Assembly: GCA_024704765.1 (NCBI GenBank)
Contig: JAKMXF010000077.1
Span: 770,516 to 834,515, forward strand
DNA from: Oopsacas minuta
Taxonomy: Eukaryota > Animalia > Porifera
Direction of reading: 5' to 3'
DNA: 64,000 nucleotides
The stretch's first letter is position 1; each line of letters begins with the position of its first letter. Positions 25,861-39,596 of the stretch are shown piece after piece. Both the position numbers and the translations under genes were made by a program. Below the pieces are notes generated by a model. The model ran no database searches and was not told where the DNA came from. It was given only the letters and a program-made list of their open reading frames with translations.

Positions 25861-27030
25861 ATAGGTCTATGTCGTCTTAGCAAACTAGAATCTACTAAAA
25901 AGTTTCATAAACATGCGTAGACTACATATCAATCAGATCAATTTGACCATATCATAAAAACTGGCAATTACAACTACTCCTTTAGCTTGACTTTTTCTCT
26001 TTTACTGACACTCATTTCTTTGGCGTAACTAGAGATCCTAAATGTAAGAGGCGGGGATAAATACTTGCCTCAACTAGTCGGTGATTTTAATAAAAAGATG
26101 TGCGGAAGCGTATTACGAGAGTAGGTAATTGCTTCTTCTGCCTCAATGCTAGCTATACTCATGCAGTTCAAACGTGTTGTGTAATTCAATCGATTATCCT
26201 TTGATATTTGTGTATTGATCAAAGACCTTGCCATTATGTCACGACCACCATTAAATATGAGCTAAATATGTTGGGTCCTCAGATTTATCCTTACGTTACC
26301 AATCAATTCGTCAACCTCACAACAATTATGTTTCTCGTGCAGGCCAATAAAGTAATATTCCCTATTTATATCGTTTTCTGTATATATGTTTCCATTAATT
26401 CGCTAATTCATTCATAGTATGCAATTGAATTCAGCGCTGTATCAAACTAATTTTAATTCGGTGAAACCTCCTGAGTCAGCAACAACGAAATTTTTTGAAT
26501 TCATAATTCTCTTAGAGCAACCACAAGGAATAATTATCCTTGCCGAATATAAATAGAATTGCCTGATTTACATATTGACTGTAGCATGTACATCTGTTCT
26601 GAGTAACCTTTACTAATGTAATAGTGAATATTGCAGGAGATGTATCATTTATGGCAGGGGCGGGACCAAAAGTTAGCTTTTGAGCCACAGTGATATTTGG
26701 AGCCGATTTGGAGGGGCACCAAACTTGAGGATGTTTTCTACGACCATGATTATATCAAGCGGACACCATTATAGAATTTAGGTGTTGAATAATAATTCAA
26801 GTGTAATTGCAATTAAATATTTCCTAGAATTACAAAGCCGTTATAGAAAGGTAGGGTTATATTCGGAAGAATAAAATGTACTCATCTCAAGTCAATGAAG
26901 GCTGAAGGTGTCAGAAATATTTTTTGGGTCGCACTTTGCCCAAATGTGATCTGTGGCCACTGAAATGACACTGAAATTTGGATTATTTATAATTGCTAAT
27001 CCGTGTTATCATATTTTTGCTCTTCTTTAG

Positions 27031-27412
27031 GACTTGTACATTCTCCTTTCTCCCCACGTGTATTTCTAAACAGTTACTTAGTCTGCCTTTTATTTCAGAA
27101 AATGAAAAGTTGTCTACTCTTCACAAATTGGATCAAAACCTTCGACTTCGATTGATTAACTTGGTTCCAACACTTCCATTTACACTAACACCTTCGTTAA
27201 ATTTATCTCCAAAAGGATGTCTGACTATGCGCGTCCCCTTAGAGTTTAAAGCAAAGTTAACATTGTTATCAGTCGATCCAGCTATCCCATGGAGACTTAT
27301 TCAGCTAGACTTTTTAGTACGTGACCAGAAATCTTTTGACAATCGCCCTCTTATCCATTCAAGGCAAAAACTCCTGCTTCAGTATTTAGTTCAATCTCGC
27401 CTCTTCAAACAG
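27031..27412 (+). CDS. MED14: MED14 exon 2
   Basis: Acceptor TTTTGCTCTTCTTTAG|G in phase 2. LPTCI...EKLSTLHKLDQNLRLRL...EFKAKLTL...PWRLIQLDFLV...LVQSRLF matches MED14. Donor CAG|GTTTGT, phase 0. Confidence 0.93.
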
Positions 27413-28270
27413 GTTTGTGATCTTCCATTCTGATATGAAATGTATTTTATATTCCAATCAGTATTATAATTTCTAATCTGTGCCCTCTAATTTGAATTTT
27501 ATCCTGCTATAATTGCTCATCATTTGTAAATAATTTCTCTTTGGATATTAACTGGAATTTGGGAATATTTCTATTATAAGTATCCGGCATAATCAAATTG
27601 ACGTCACTTCATTCTCAATCTTAATAAGTGGTTCCAAAGTCCATAGTATCGCGCTGACTAACCTGAGGGGGCCGTTGAGTAGGGCAAAGGTTTTGTGAGA
27701 AGAAATTCGGCCCGCATTAAATTCCTCCCTCACAAAACAGATAAATAGGCTGGTAATATCTAATTAGGCGACTGTAATCTGGCTCGATACATTATGTCAG
27801 CTTCAAGTGTCTTAGACGTTTACTGCTCCCAAAATTATGTGTGGTGTACATAGGCGTCGAACTTTTCTGATTTCGGAATAAAGCTAACGGGGCCAGGTCT
27901 ACGAGGCTTCGGGGTTCATTACGTCGAAATTCATGATCATACATAGTGCGTCTAGTATAATAAATCTTAAACATTTAAATTTTAGCCAACAAAACTTAAC
28001 AAAAGCATAAACTATAAGAAGACGCAACTATGAAATTATAACTTTAAATGATCCAATAGTAGTTCTAACAATATACTCTCTATAATTCAAGAACCATGGG
28101 AAGTGGTCCAAGCATTTTACTATGTGCCTCTTGTACTACAAGTGGCTAAAAAGCGTTCAAGTACTTTTGGCCAGGGAGTGTAATTAATTTGACTAGGACT
28201 AGTGGCTTCTTTGCAAAATGAAAGAATCAATGATTAATGGCTTCAGTGGAAAATGTAAGTACGGGTAAAC

Positions 28271-28878
28271 GGGAGCTCTGAATTAGGTCGAATTAAGACG
28301 TTGTGATAGATCGAATTTATTTTAGCTATGTTTTCGATAGATCGATATAGAAAATGGATATATATAAACGAGGACGTGATAGGACATTTTATGGTATTAA
28401 TTATAAACCCGTACTATTGAGAGGGGATTAGGGATTTTGTTCACTACCTTATTGGTCTTGGAGTTTTCACTTGTACTCGTTATTAAGTTACCTATGGGCG
28501 AGGATGTGGAGTCCTTGCTAATTTTGTATTTGGATGCACCTTTGTTGGATTTATTCTTAGAAACTTTTGCAAAATTGGGGATCGCTGGAGTTTTTGCTTT
28601 TTAAACCATTTTTCCAGGTTTTTAGAAATTTACGGAAGTATTTGGTTATTCTCACAATATTAATTGGCCTTAAAACGAGATTTTCATGGCTTATATACAT
28701 TCGCTCTATCCACATCTTCGCTAGGATAGAATTCGACCTAATGCCAGCACACGGAATTCGAACTAATAAATACATTTTTAATTCGACCTAATGGCAACAC
28801 ACGAATTTCGACTTAATGCCAACACAAGGGATTCGACTTATTACCAACACCGTAATTCGACTTAATGCAAGCGCCCCC
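28271..28878. mobile_element. Non-autonomous TIR element with arrays of an AATTCGAC(C/T)TAAT subterminal motif
   Basis: Imperfect TIRs GGGAGCTCTGAATTAGGTCGAATTA / TAATTCGACTTAATGCAAGCGCCCCC, with at least 5 motif copies at 28730-28868. No clear TSD. Confidence 0.45.
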
Positions 28879-28895
28879 AGTTAAACCTCCGAATA

Positions 28896-31265
28896 CAGTG
28901 GAAGCCACTTAATCGGGACTCAGATAATCGGGATATCCGCTTAAACGGGACAAAAGTTGGGGGACAGATTTTTACATGGAAAACTCGTCGGATAATTGGG
29001 ACATCGAATCGGTTAATCGGGATTTTTTATCCTGATTAACTGAAAATTTTAAAGTTCCTAATCGGTTCAATTGGGATTTCTTATCCCGATTAACCGATTA
29101 TATGAAAGTTCATAATCGGTTAATTGGGATGGAAATCCCAATTATTCCAAATTGTATATTTATTTATAATCATTGTAATGTGGTTTAGTTTTAAAACTAG
29201 GAATTTTAATATTCTACAATCAACAACATCAATTCGATACAATTTACAAAACTAAGATGATAACTTTGCTCACCCACCTCAGGTCGCATTCCCTATTCCA
29301 CCATGCACAAATTACCTCAATAATCCAGACTCTTGGTTATCCAAACGTTTTGAATGGTCCTATGGAGTACGGATAATTGAGGCTATAGTAATTGTTTAAA
29401 CTTTAATTATTTTCTTTTCTACCTAATATCGTAACCGTAGCACAACTCTCCATGACAACTTCTAAATCACGGAATGATCTGGCACTACAGGAGAAAGTTA
29501 AATTACTCAAGGAGTTTGAAGTTGGAGGTCATGTTACTCAGAAAAGCGTAGCAGTCAAGTAAGGTATCTCTACTTCACAAGTATCAAGATTAGTATCATT
29601 GAAAGATGAAATATTTCAACAATTTGAAGATAGTGGTAATGGAATGCGCAAACGTCAAAGAAAATTTAAAGAAGAAGATGTTGGTAATGCTCTATTTTTG
29701 TGGCTTAAACAAAATTAAGCAAGGTGCGCGCATTTCAGGAGTAATTTTGAGACAAAAAGCAACTGAAATTGCTCTCGCCAATGGATCTGATTTTATTCCT
29801 TCTGATGGGTGGCTGGGACGGTGGAAACTTCATCACGATCTAATCTATAAGCAAGAACAAGGAAAAAACAAGATGCTAGTATTGAAAGGGCTGAAGATTG
29901 GAAGAGCACTATTCTTGCTACAATCATGGATGATTTTACTCCAGAAAACATATTTAATTCGGACGAGACGGGGTTGTATTTCAGATGTTTTCCTGATAAA
30001 GGGATATAGCATCAAAGGTACCGATTTACCTGGTGGAAAGAAGGCTAAAGACAGGATTACAGTAATGCTTTGTGCTAATATGAGTGGTACGGAGAAGTAC
30101 CCCCTCCTTGCTATTGGAATGAGTAAACAACCGCGTTCACTCCCTAAAGATTTGTCAAAGCTCCCTATTCGATACGAAGCAACAAAAAACGCCTGGATGA
30201 CGGGATTCATCTTCGAGAAGTGGATAAGAAGGTGGGATAGCTCTCTTAGAATGAACAAGAGGAACATATGTCTTTTAGTGGACAACTGTTCTGCTCACCC
30301 AAAGAGTGTTTCATTGACCGATATATGTCTAAAATTCCTGCCTGCTAACACTGCAAGCATAATGCAGCCAATGGATATGGGTGTGATAAAAAACTGGAAG
30401 GCCCATTATAAAAGTCGCTTGAATTCAAGAATTATCAATGCAATGGATGGCAATCTCAGTTTGCGTGCCCTTGATATAGCTAAATCAATTACTCTTTTTG
30501 ACGCCCTTTACTTATGTTAGGATGTCGTGGAGTGCTGTAGAAGGTAATACAATAACGAAATGTTATCATAAAGTTGGGTTCGTTCCACGTGATTTCATCC
30601 AATCAGAAGGGTATGAATTTAATCTTGACGATGATCATATGTTCGATGACGTTTCTCTACCATCCAACATGTCATTAGAAGAGTTTGAAAACTTTATTAC
30701 AATAGATAGTGAAATACCTGTTAGTGGGGATTTATCTGATGTAGAATTGTTGGACATTACAAGAAAGAAGATCAGAGTAGAGGATTCTGAGAGTGATGAT
30801 GATGATGATGATGATGGCGATGGTGATAACCTTAGGCTCTCTCTAGAACAAAAGTTACAAATGGTCGATCATTTGAGAATTTTCATTCAGTCGAATGGTA
30901 TGACTAATTTACTACCTATGCTCTAGCAGATAGATACCCAAGTTCATGACGAGGTCATTAACAGTAAAAAACAGGCTACAATGGACTCTTTTTCGTTAAC
31001 ATATAGATTTTACTTTCAAAAATATTTAGCTATTCTTGAGTAATGCAGTTTTTATGGCCTCTTGAAACGAGACTATGCCCTTACTGCAACAACTTATCCC
31101 TAATATACCCTAAATAAATCAGAATATAGTAGTAGTAGTGCATTAAAATGTTTCTGATAATGGTCTGGGACCATGAAAACTAGTTTTGAAACTTTAATAA
31201 TCATAATCGGTTAATCGGGACAAAACATTGACTCCTGAGGTGTCCCGATTAACCGGCTTCCACTG
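28896..31265 (+). mobile_element. Tigger/pogo (CENP-B-like, DDE_1) transposon with complete ends and a disrupted transposase (ATG 29452)
   Basis: TA|CAGTGGAAGCC ... GGCTTCCACTG|TA, with repeated TTAATCGGGA subterminal motifs. Protein motifs are SDGWLGRWK, KDRITVMLCAN, NAWMT, LLVDNCSAH and LPANTASIMQPMDMGVI. There is an in-frame TAA near 29560 and several frameshifts. Confidence 0.93.
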
Positions 31266-31750
31266 TAGTGAACACCTCTAGTTAGTCAACATGGGTCAGG
31301 ATTCTGAATACAAAATAATCGGTGTTATAGAAAAGCGTGAAAACTGTATTATTAATTAATGGCTTTCTTTTTAAATGAATTAACCCTCCTGACAAACATA
31401 TTTCAAACTTCAGAAGTCTGATAACCCAAACCTGACGGGGCCAGGTTGGTTTGGCCCCATCAGTTTCAAATGTAGAGGGGGACGGCCCCGCCGGCTCCGT
31501 CACGATCGACGCCTATGGTGGTGTTTCATCTATATTCCTCCAAATTTATATTTTCATACAGTAGAACCTCTAAAGAGTGTGGGAAGTCGAGCGGGCGAAT
31601 CTCCTGATAACTCCTTCCCCCATTTATTAATGGTATAAGGCATACTTTCTTCTAATGTATCCCACATTCCTCACTCCTCGCTTATATAGGTTCCCTATTT
31701 ATAGAGACCCTACTTATAGAAGTTGCACTGTAAATCACTAAATGAACATG

Positions 31751-31751
<1 letters not shown>

Positions 31752-31783
<32 letters not shown>
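31752..31783. repeat. (TG)16 microsatellite
   Basis: Read directly from the sequence. Confidence 0.95.
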
Positions 31784-31784
<1 letters not shown>

Positions 31785-31939
31785 CATTTCTGTTAGTTTG
31801 CACATTCGTATCGATTGGTTACCGATAATATGAGTCTTTTTTTCTATTATAACCGTCTTCGCTTGGATTAAGCTGCGGAACTGGCATCTTATACTTTGCA
31901 AGTCGTTCCTCTACTTTTAATTAATCATTGGTTAAATCT

Positions 31940-32300
31940 TTTAGTGCTTTGAGTCGCTACGTGACTGAATATACTTCGCACCATGCGCCTTGAGTAGGAA
32001 TATTAGCTGAAAATTCAAGTATTTGTTATCCATGGTTCATCCAAATTCCATTCACTAGCTTTGTGTAGTGACACTGGAGCTGCTCTTTATCTTTTATTTT
32101 AATCTCGGCACCACGTGCTTAAGTATTTAGAAATTCGAAATATTCTCGAATAATGCATCATTTGCACTGTGATAATGACATAATAATTCCATGACGAGTT
32201 ACAATTTTTAACAATCATGACTCTAGAATATTTGTCATATTGTGGGGTTCCTGTCAACCATCTAATTTCCAAGTTCTAAATATGTATGTTTGGTGTGCAG
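31940..32300 (-). mobile_element. Partial copy of the Helitron-like repeat family
   Basis: Shares blocks with 48920-49300 (GTCGCTAC..GA..GATATACTT, TTATCCATG.T.CATCCAAA.TCCATT, ACTGGAGCTGC). Confidence 0.55.
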
Positions 32301-32661
32301 TGGAAATTTTGGTGATTTTCAATCAAAATGTTGTCAATTACTTTATATCTCCGTCATTAATGTGACTTTGGTCCTAACTTTTATACGAGCCTCGCCCAAA
32401 TCCCTTTACCAAAATCATCCATGGCGCTTCCAGTTTCTTAATCAATTCCGGATATACAAAAATATTACAAATATTTAAGTCTATGTATATGCAACATATA
32501 TCGAATGTGTTTTTTAAGTCACAGTTTGTAGGAAACATGTTTCATTTCCGCTGCATATGGTATCTCTTACGAATGTGACGTAATCATGAATATGTCCATA
32601 TATGGTCAGTTTTACTATTAACTAGTAGTCTTCAGTGATATCATATCAAATGTATTAATTA

Positions 32662-34830
32662 CACTGTCCAACAAATTTTTAGCATTTTTTGCTTCTGGAA
32701 TACACTGTAGTGTTTCTCATGTATTCACGCACCCTGATTCCAAATATCCAATCAGTTTTTTCTATCAGGCAACGATTTTGAAAAATTCAATATTTTGGTT
32801 TTATAATTGTCCCAGTGTATTCCTATAAATATATCTCTTTTGTTTGGCTAATCAAATGCATACTTATGATTTAATTACAATGAAAATTGTCAATTAGTTT
32901 AGCATTTATTATACTATTTTAGAAATGCTTGGAATATGATTTTCTTTTGTATGTGGCATCAGGAATATCTCTTTTTAGTGACCAACAATAATCAGCCATC
33001 ATGTTTGGAGAGAATTTTTCATTGTAACGACTTTCCATTGTGCTTCTATCTTGATGAGTCTTTCACCATGTTCATCACTCACAGCACCTAGATTTTCCGG
33101 AAAGAATTGCAAATGTGAGTGAAGAAAGTGTATTTTTAGAGACATATTACATCCCATTGTTCTGAATGCATCAAGTAATGTCACAACAATTTCTTCATAA
33201 ATTGGTGATTTCTTAGTTCCTTAAAGTTCTCATTTAAAGATTTGAATGAATTCTATGCTGCTTTCTCGACAGAATTTAGACATGCTTCGAAGTTTAGATC
33301 CTTGGATAGTTCTCTAATTTGGGGACCTATAAATATCCCTTCCTTGATTTTAGCATCGCTGACCTTTGGAAATTTGTCCTTGAGGTATTTGAAACCTTCT
33401 TCTTCTTCATTGTATTTTACTATCGCCTTTACAAAGTTTTTCATCAAACCCAGTTTTATGTGTAGAGGTGGTAATAGAATTTTCTCAGGATTTACTAAGG
33501 ACTGTCAACTTGCACTCTTTGTACCAGCAGTTAATTGATGTCGTAGTGGCCACTCCTTAACTATATAGTGGGATTGCCTTGCTCTACTATCCCACTCACA
33601 GAGGAAGCAACAATATTTCGTGTATCCAGGTTGCATACCCAACAAAAGTCCAATTACCTTCAGATCACCACAGATGTGCCAATTGTAAGAGTGATATCTG
33701 ATCAGTTTCAATAAGATATCGATATTCTCATGAGACTCCTTCATGTGTACTGAATGACCTATCGGTATGGATGGTAATGCATTACCTTTGTGAAGTTAGA
33801 CTGCCTTGAGGCTGTACTTAGAGGAATCAATGAAGAAACGCCACTCTGATGGTTCGTGTTAAACACCTAATAACTCCATCACACAATCCACATTGTTACA
33901 ATAACAAAGAGACCCCTGCATTTCAAAATGTACAGAGAAATCACTTTGACGGGTCCTGAAAAATGAAACTTTAGTTTCCTCATCCAATAAGTTCCAACCT
34001 TTCAATCTTGACCCAAGCAATTCACTTTGATCTTTTGTCAAATTCAAGTCCCTAACCAAATTATTCAGCTCACTTTGATTAATGATGTGGGGGAGTCTTG
34101 TTTTATCAGGTGGCATAGGCGGAGGTATAAATTCCTCATCATCTTGATCTAACATAGCATATTCAATAGTATCGTCATCAAAGGAAACTTTCTTAGGCTT
34201 AGGTACTTTGAATTCTGCAGAATGCTCAACAGGACGAATCGCAGATTGAAGATTGGGATAACATATATTCTTTTTGGTCTTAGAAATGATTCCTATTATA
34301 TCAGCCAAACAGAAATAATAATCAGTATAATGATCTATTGGTTCCCTCCATATCATGGGAATAGCAAATTGCACTGAAATACGTGAGCCATTTAGCCATT
34401 TACTAAGTCCTATTGTACATTTTGAGCAACAAAAATGAGGTGCCCAAGGCTTATCTTGATTACCAATCTTGCAACCGAAATATTACTCATATTCTTTGTG
34501 TACAAGGGGAGACATGTCTCTCAGCTGAAATTTTGTATTAAATTCTCCACTAATATAACAGGAAGAATCGGTTGGGTTTGAACATCGACGAGACATTATT
34601 GAAAAGAAATAAATACAAATACAATCAGATAATCTCCTCTTGAAATAGCAAGTAATATTCTATATATTTTAAGAAAATTTGAATTGTTAGACAATATATG
34701 CGGAAGGTATTAATTCATATACAATTATGCATTCCATAGAGATCTATGGAAAAATGATTTTGGAAATTTCTGAATTTTACAAAATTTCTGCCTGATAGAG
34801 AAAAACTGATTGGCTATTTGGACCCAAGAT
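32662..34830 (-). mobile_element. Chapaev3-like (CMC superfamily) transposon; transposase pseudogene at 32919-34596
   Basis: Left end TTA|CACTG. A subterminal inverted repeat pairs 32740-32790 with 34770-34822. Motifs are MSRRCSN..CYI, PMIWREPIDH..YFC, YPNLQSAIRPV, FIDSSK, ICGDLKV, CCFLCEWDSR, PPLHIKLGLMKNFVKA, HFLHSHL and SDEHGER. There are several stops and frameshifts. Confidence 0.8.
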
Positions 34831-34899
34831 TTTCCAAGGTAATTTAGATTCTTAAGTGTCTAATATAGCGTCAGCCGTATAGGTGTAATCGTTGAGAGT

Positions 34900-36561
34900 A
34901 TATAGTTGTAATGTCAGGCCATGGTTTAGTGATTGTACATATAGTTATTGGTTACAGGATCCTGCTTTACCTTTCAATACAACTTACTTTCTTCAGCAAA
35001 GCATAAGAATTATATCCTACAACATAAGTGATAACCTTCTGCTGTATAGTTCGATGATACAGCATGTTTATGGACCTCTAAGTGAGCATCAGTTATGAAT
35101 TTGGAAATTTGTTCATCATCCAATTTTCAGATTATGTTTGTTCTTGTGCTCTTAATTCGTTCCTGAGAATACTTTTCAAGGAAATTATCGACTCGGAGCG
35201 CATAACTTCAGTTAAACTAACCAAAATACGCCACCGCTCATCTGTTTGTAATGAGAAAATCCTGTCATTTCATACGAGAACTTTCCTATTCACGATCGAT
35301 GGAAACTTTCCTAAGCATTGACTACTAACTACCAGGCTTGATTAAGTTCGAGGAAGGCCATAGTAAGTACTCTCTGTCGAAATAACTATGAATCGCAGAA
35401 GTGGTAGTTGGTTAAAAATGCGAGAGCAAGTGGCACTGATTGCTTATTGTTTCCTGGATGAAAAAAGAATATAATAACTTCGGCGCTTTCTTTAGACGAG
35501 ACCAATTACGAACCCTGGAGGAATGTTGGAAACTGTATCTTGTAAGTTATAGGGAATTTCTGGAACCAGGAATAATCGTAAAGTTAAATGATTATTTCGA
35601 ATATTCCTTACTAAGTGTACTGTATCGAACATCAAGAAAATATGCTGAGCAGAATTAGATGGGTTCTTGATGTAATATTGATTATAAGGAGGGAAATTCT
35701 TTACCAAGAAGTTATATACTTTCACATTAGTTGAATAGTTTTCTGCAATACTCCTCGAACGTGAATATTCCCGTCGTTTAGGACTGAAATGCAGTTCAGG
35801 AATCCATTATAAACATTTAGGAATGCAAGCCTAACAATAGGTATTGCTATTATAACATAAGGGGCAGTTTTATTCAACGAAACAACCATAGAGCACAATA
35901 CGATCTTTAATATGTTTTGATCACTGTCACTTCCGATTACACTTTCCATCGAATTGGACTTTGAAGGTATATTTTATTTAGTTAGATAACGGCATAATTT
36001 CCAATTAGTTATTTACAATTAGTGATTTAATTCTAAGCGCGCAGAGAGCTCTACTGCTATCAATTGTGTGAGTTAAGCTTCTTAAGTGAACGTTCACTAG
36101 GCAAGGATATTTGTGAGAAGTTTGTAAGGCGAATTAGAAGTATACCGGAGCAGTAAAGAATATCTTAAAACTACTGAAGGGTAGTTTCGGGCACGGGGAT
36201 AAAATAAACTTGACTTTATCAACCTTTCGATTACTTCCATTGGTAGCAAGTGTGATACATTTCTACAGCTTTTTGAAGGTTAGTGAGCATGTCTAGGTTA
36301 ATTTGCATCAGCTGTTGTGGATATATAGTCAGGAAGTGGTAAATGTGATGGTTCAAAAGTGAGTATTATATCCAAATTATTCATTATATGTACACACTCT
36401 TGAACAACCGTTATTCCTGAGTCCTTATTCATTCGATATGCAGTAACTCCAAATTCTGAAACATCTACATGAAAGTTCCGGTATTCATCAGCTACTTCAA
36501 ATCGGGACAATATTTCCCCTATCAACCACTGTACATTTATCCATAAAGAGAGACAACTCAT
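34900..36561 (-). pseudogene. P-element/THAP9-like transposase relic, copy 1
   Basis: In order on the - strand: LPLPDYI..LDMLTNL, LLLRYTSNSPYKLL..LPSERSL, LCSMVVSL, FLMFDTVHLVRNIRNN (about 35600), KAPKL..HPGNNKQSVPLALA. Confidence 0.8.
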
Positions 36562-36939
36562 CTGTCTAAAAACACTTATTTGGGAAATTCGGTTGGTTAG
36601 TTGCTAATACACACAGTATTTAGTAACTGTAAGACTTATTAAATGAAATAACATGTGTCTGAGGATTATATTGTAAAGCATAATTATAGTAGGAGTAAAT
36701 AATTTAACAATAATTTGTACGGTTTGGTATAAATACATTAATCGGCCTTATATTTTGACCTTGTATTCGGTAAGTTGCATCGTTGTATATTTTGTATGCT
36801 ATGTGCTTACTAAGCAAATAAATAGGCATATTTTGACAAAGTTTTTGTTTTTATGTAACGACCATATGTTTTTCTACAAGTATGAAATGTATTCATTCGG
36901 CTAAAAGTGCATTATATTTATATACTAACACATTTACTC

Positions 36940-37200
36940 TAGGATAGTGATCCCAACCTGGTTTAACCAATCCCAGGTCCTGAAAACATTGCCAGCGGCA
37001 TTGTCTTGATGTATAGAATGCTTTGGGTGAACCAGCACTACACATTGATTCACTATTTATTAATTTCTATTCAACGATGATACATTTCATACATTTAGCT
37101 AGGAAGAATGACGAGATTTCTGAATGAATAAACCGGAAAAAGTATGCAAACCCCACAACTCATATTCCACAATTCTTTCGGGATAACTAATATGATCAAG
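36940..37200 (-). pseudogene. Small IS630-Tc1-mariner transposase fragment
   Basis: - strand HQDNAAGNVFRTWDWLNQVGITIL resembles the second catalytic Asp region (QDNAP.H....T..WL). Confidence 0.45.
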
Positions 37201-39399
37201 TGACTACCTAACTTATAACTTCCTATCCGACAATAATACATTTTATGTGTGTAGCATTAACAAATTATGAAATATTAATGGACCCAATTTCCAAGGCCTG
37301 AGAAAGAGCGCCTACAGTCCTTATATCAAGAAGTCTATGCCTTGGATAAAATTTTTCCTAATGAATTTTGTATAGTCATCAGATAGCGCAAGAAAAGGTG
37401 TAAAATTGTATAAACTTCCATAATTGATTTTTTATCAAATTATCAGATATACATTTTCATATTAACGCAAGAAGTTCTCAGGAATTTGTCAACATTCCAT
37501 CCTCTAAACCTATCTAAATTGTATCGAATGAGCCCTTGTTTGATGCCGCTCGACAATTGGGTCTAGTTATGCACATATCAGCCCTCTAAAATGCCATTTT
37601 ACCTCGATTGTAATTTATCAACACCCTTGACCTTCTAATTCTCTTGCAATTTTTCACATATTTCTTCCTAATACATGATAATATCGTTACTTTTGGCAGA
37701 ATTACTGACAATAAATGTATATTTCATAATTATTAATACGTAGATTGTGGTATTTACCTAGTTATTTATGTAAAGTTGATCAGAGTTCAGTATGATTTGT
37801 CTTGTATCCGCACATCAAATATTTGCACAAATATAACTCTTGGGAAAGGTACTAATCCGAATTCTATCAACTGGAAACTCTCTACAGTGTTTCATATCTC
37901 ACTTGTGCCCCTCTCTCACGATATGCGGAGTTTCTAAACCACTTAGAATTTTGCACTGATTACGAACTATCTATAATAATTTGAACAGAATTCAATCATA
38001 GAAGATTGTTCTATCTAATAACTATCAGAAATTACTTATAATGGTTTTCGCCGATGTGAAAAATTGACAAACCCACCAATAATAAGAACAAAATATTGTC
38101 ATTCCAACCATTTTTTACCATAATGGTACAAATTTTCTTCGAAATTAATAGAATTATAATATTATAATGTTTAAATTAATTCCATATTAACTCCTTTATG
38201 AAGTGTTCGTCATTTACATAATTTCTACCTTGTTTAACCAAACGATTGGCCCTATGGTGTTCAAGCTATTAGAATTTCAAGAGTTTCATGGAGCCACACT
38301 CACAATAGGACCACGCCACCCTAGAATGCCCTCATTTTTCACACCTGCTTCTATCGATTGGAAAGTTTATAATTGTTGATGTGATTATATTGAAGTTTGA
38401 TTGATTCGTTTTGTGTTTTCTGTGTTATACGGGAATAATTGTTGAGTCATCGCAGCCTTACTTTCCTTAAACCACAAATATTTTCATTTATTGCCTATAC
38501 ATCTGGCGGATAAATGAATTAAGAAGCCGGATCCTGGATACTAACAAGGCTTATATCTTGCCCTTGGAAGGGTATTCTTTGAGCACTTACACGCACCCGG
38601 AATATTTGTTTATGCACAAAATATACATTTTTGTCATTGCAAAGTGGTATGGCACATTTTTGGCTAATATTCATTGATGGCTCGATTATCGCTGGATTTA
38701 GTCAAATAAGTCTAGCCATGGCCTACTATACTTATACACAGCTAGGTAAGCAAAGAATTGCCAAAATAATTTCCAAGGCCATTGATTATATTCTCTTTGA
38801 TCATGAAGAATTGCGGTTATCATTACAAATTCTACTATAATTATGTCTCCACATATAGCTGAGGCATCTAGAGTGTTTTGAACCTCCTATTCAGGATATT
38901 TTAACTACAATCACGCAATCAATAATATATACCAAAATATAGAGCCAACTTTTGTATTAAGTTGTAATGCAATAGTTGGCTCGTTCTTGAGCTACATTAG
39001 AAACCATGGATGTCACATTTTCATGAATTTCTAATTATTTTTCGATAATCGTTCGGATTATTCTTATATCAGGATAGCCAAAAATACAAATCGATATGAT
39101 AACTCTTACCAATGTGACTTAATAGTTAATATCCCCGGATTTGGAATTTTTAACCATACGCATTATCCTGAGAGATATCTTATTACAATGTATTATTAGG
39201 CCAAGGGAGGTTGGGTAATTACTACAAATCGGTTATTCTGATTTCAAAATACTCTTCCCGATTATCGAGTTGTGCCTAGATATTCAAAAAACTGTGTCAT
39301 CCCTCTTCTTTATTGAAATTGAAGAACGATTCTACTTTTGTATTCCAAATTTTCGATTTTTGTATAAACGTATCAAGAGATCAATTGTATATTCATTTT

Positions 39400-39596
39400 G
39401 GAATGAAGACGCAATATCGTTGGGTCTACAAGTAAACAAAGGATGACATATTTTACCAAATTTATGCGACCCCCAGGGCTGACTTTTGGCATACAGGGGA
39501 ATTTTGGGCCTGGCTCTGAAACGTCTTGGACGAAATTCACTCTGCCCTGGAGTGCTAAGCTCTTCGCGCAGCGACCTAGCAACCGAATTACGCTAG
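39400..39596 (+). mobile_element. 3' end of a Helitron-like repeat copy
   Basis: Ends ...GCAGCGACCTAGCAACCGAATTACGCTAG|T, homologous to the terminus of 48833-49483. The left boundary is approximate. Confidence 0.55.

Noticed and set aside
28240-28290. GGGTAAACGGG resembling a large-subunit rRNA segment
   Set aside because: The match is only ~10 nt and the flanks are not rRNA-like.
28730-28870. Short repeated AATTCGAC-TAAT units resembling a CRISPR array
   Set aside because: Repeats are ~13 bp with short, irregular, similar spacers at the end of a TIR element. There are no cas genes and the context is eukaryotic.
29606-30520. 304-aa ORF as an intact or domesticated Tigger transposase
   Set aside because: The ORF passes through off-frame segments. 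The real reading has an early TAA and several frameshifts.
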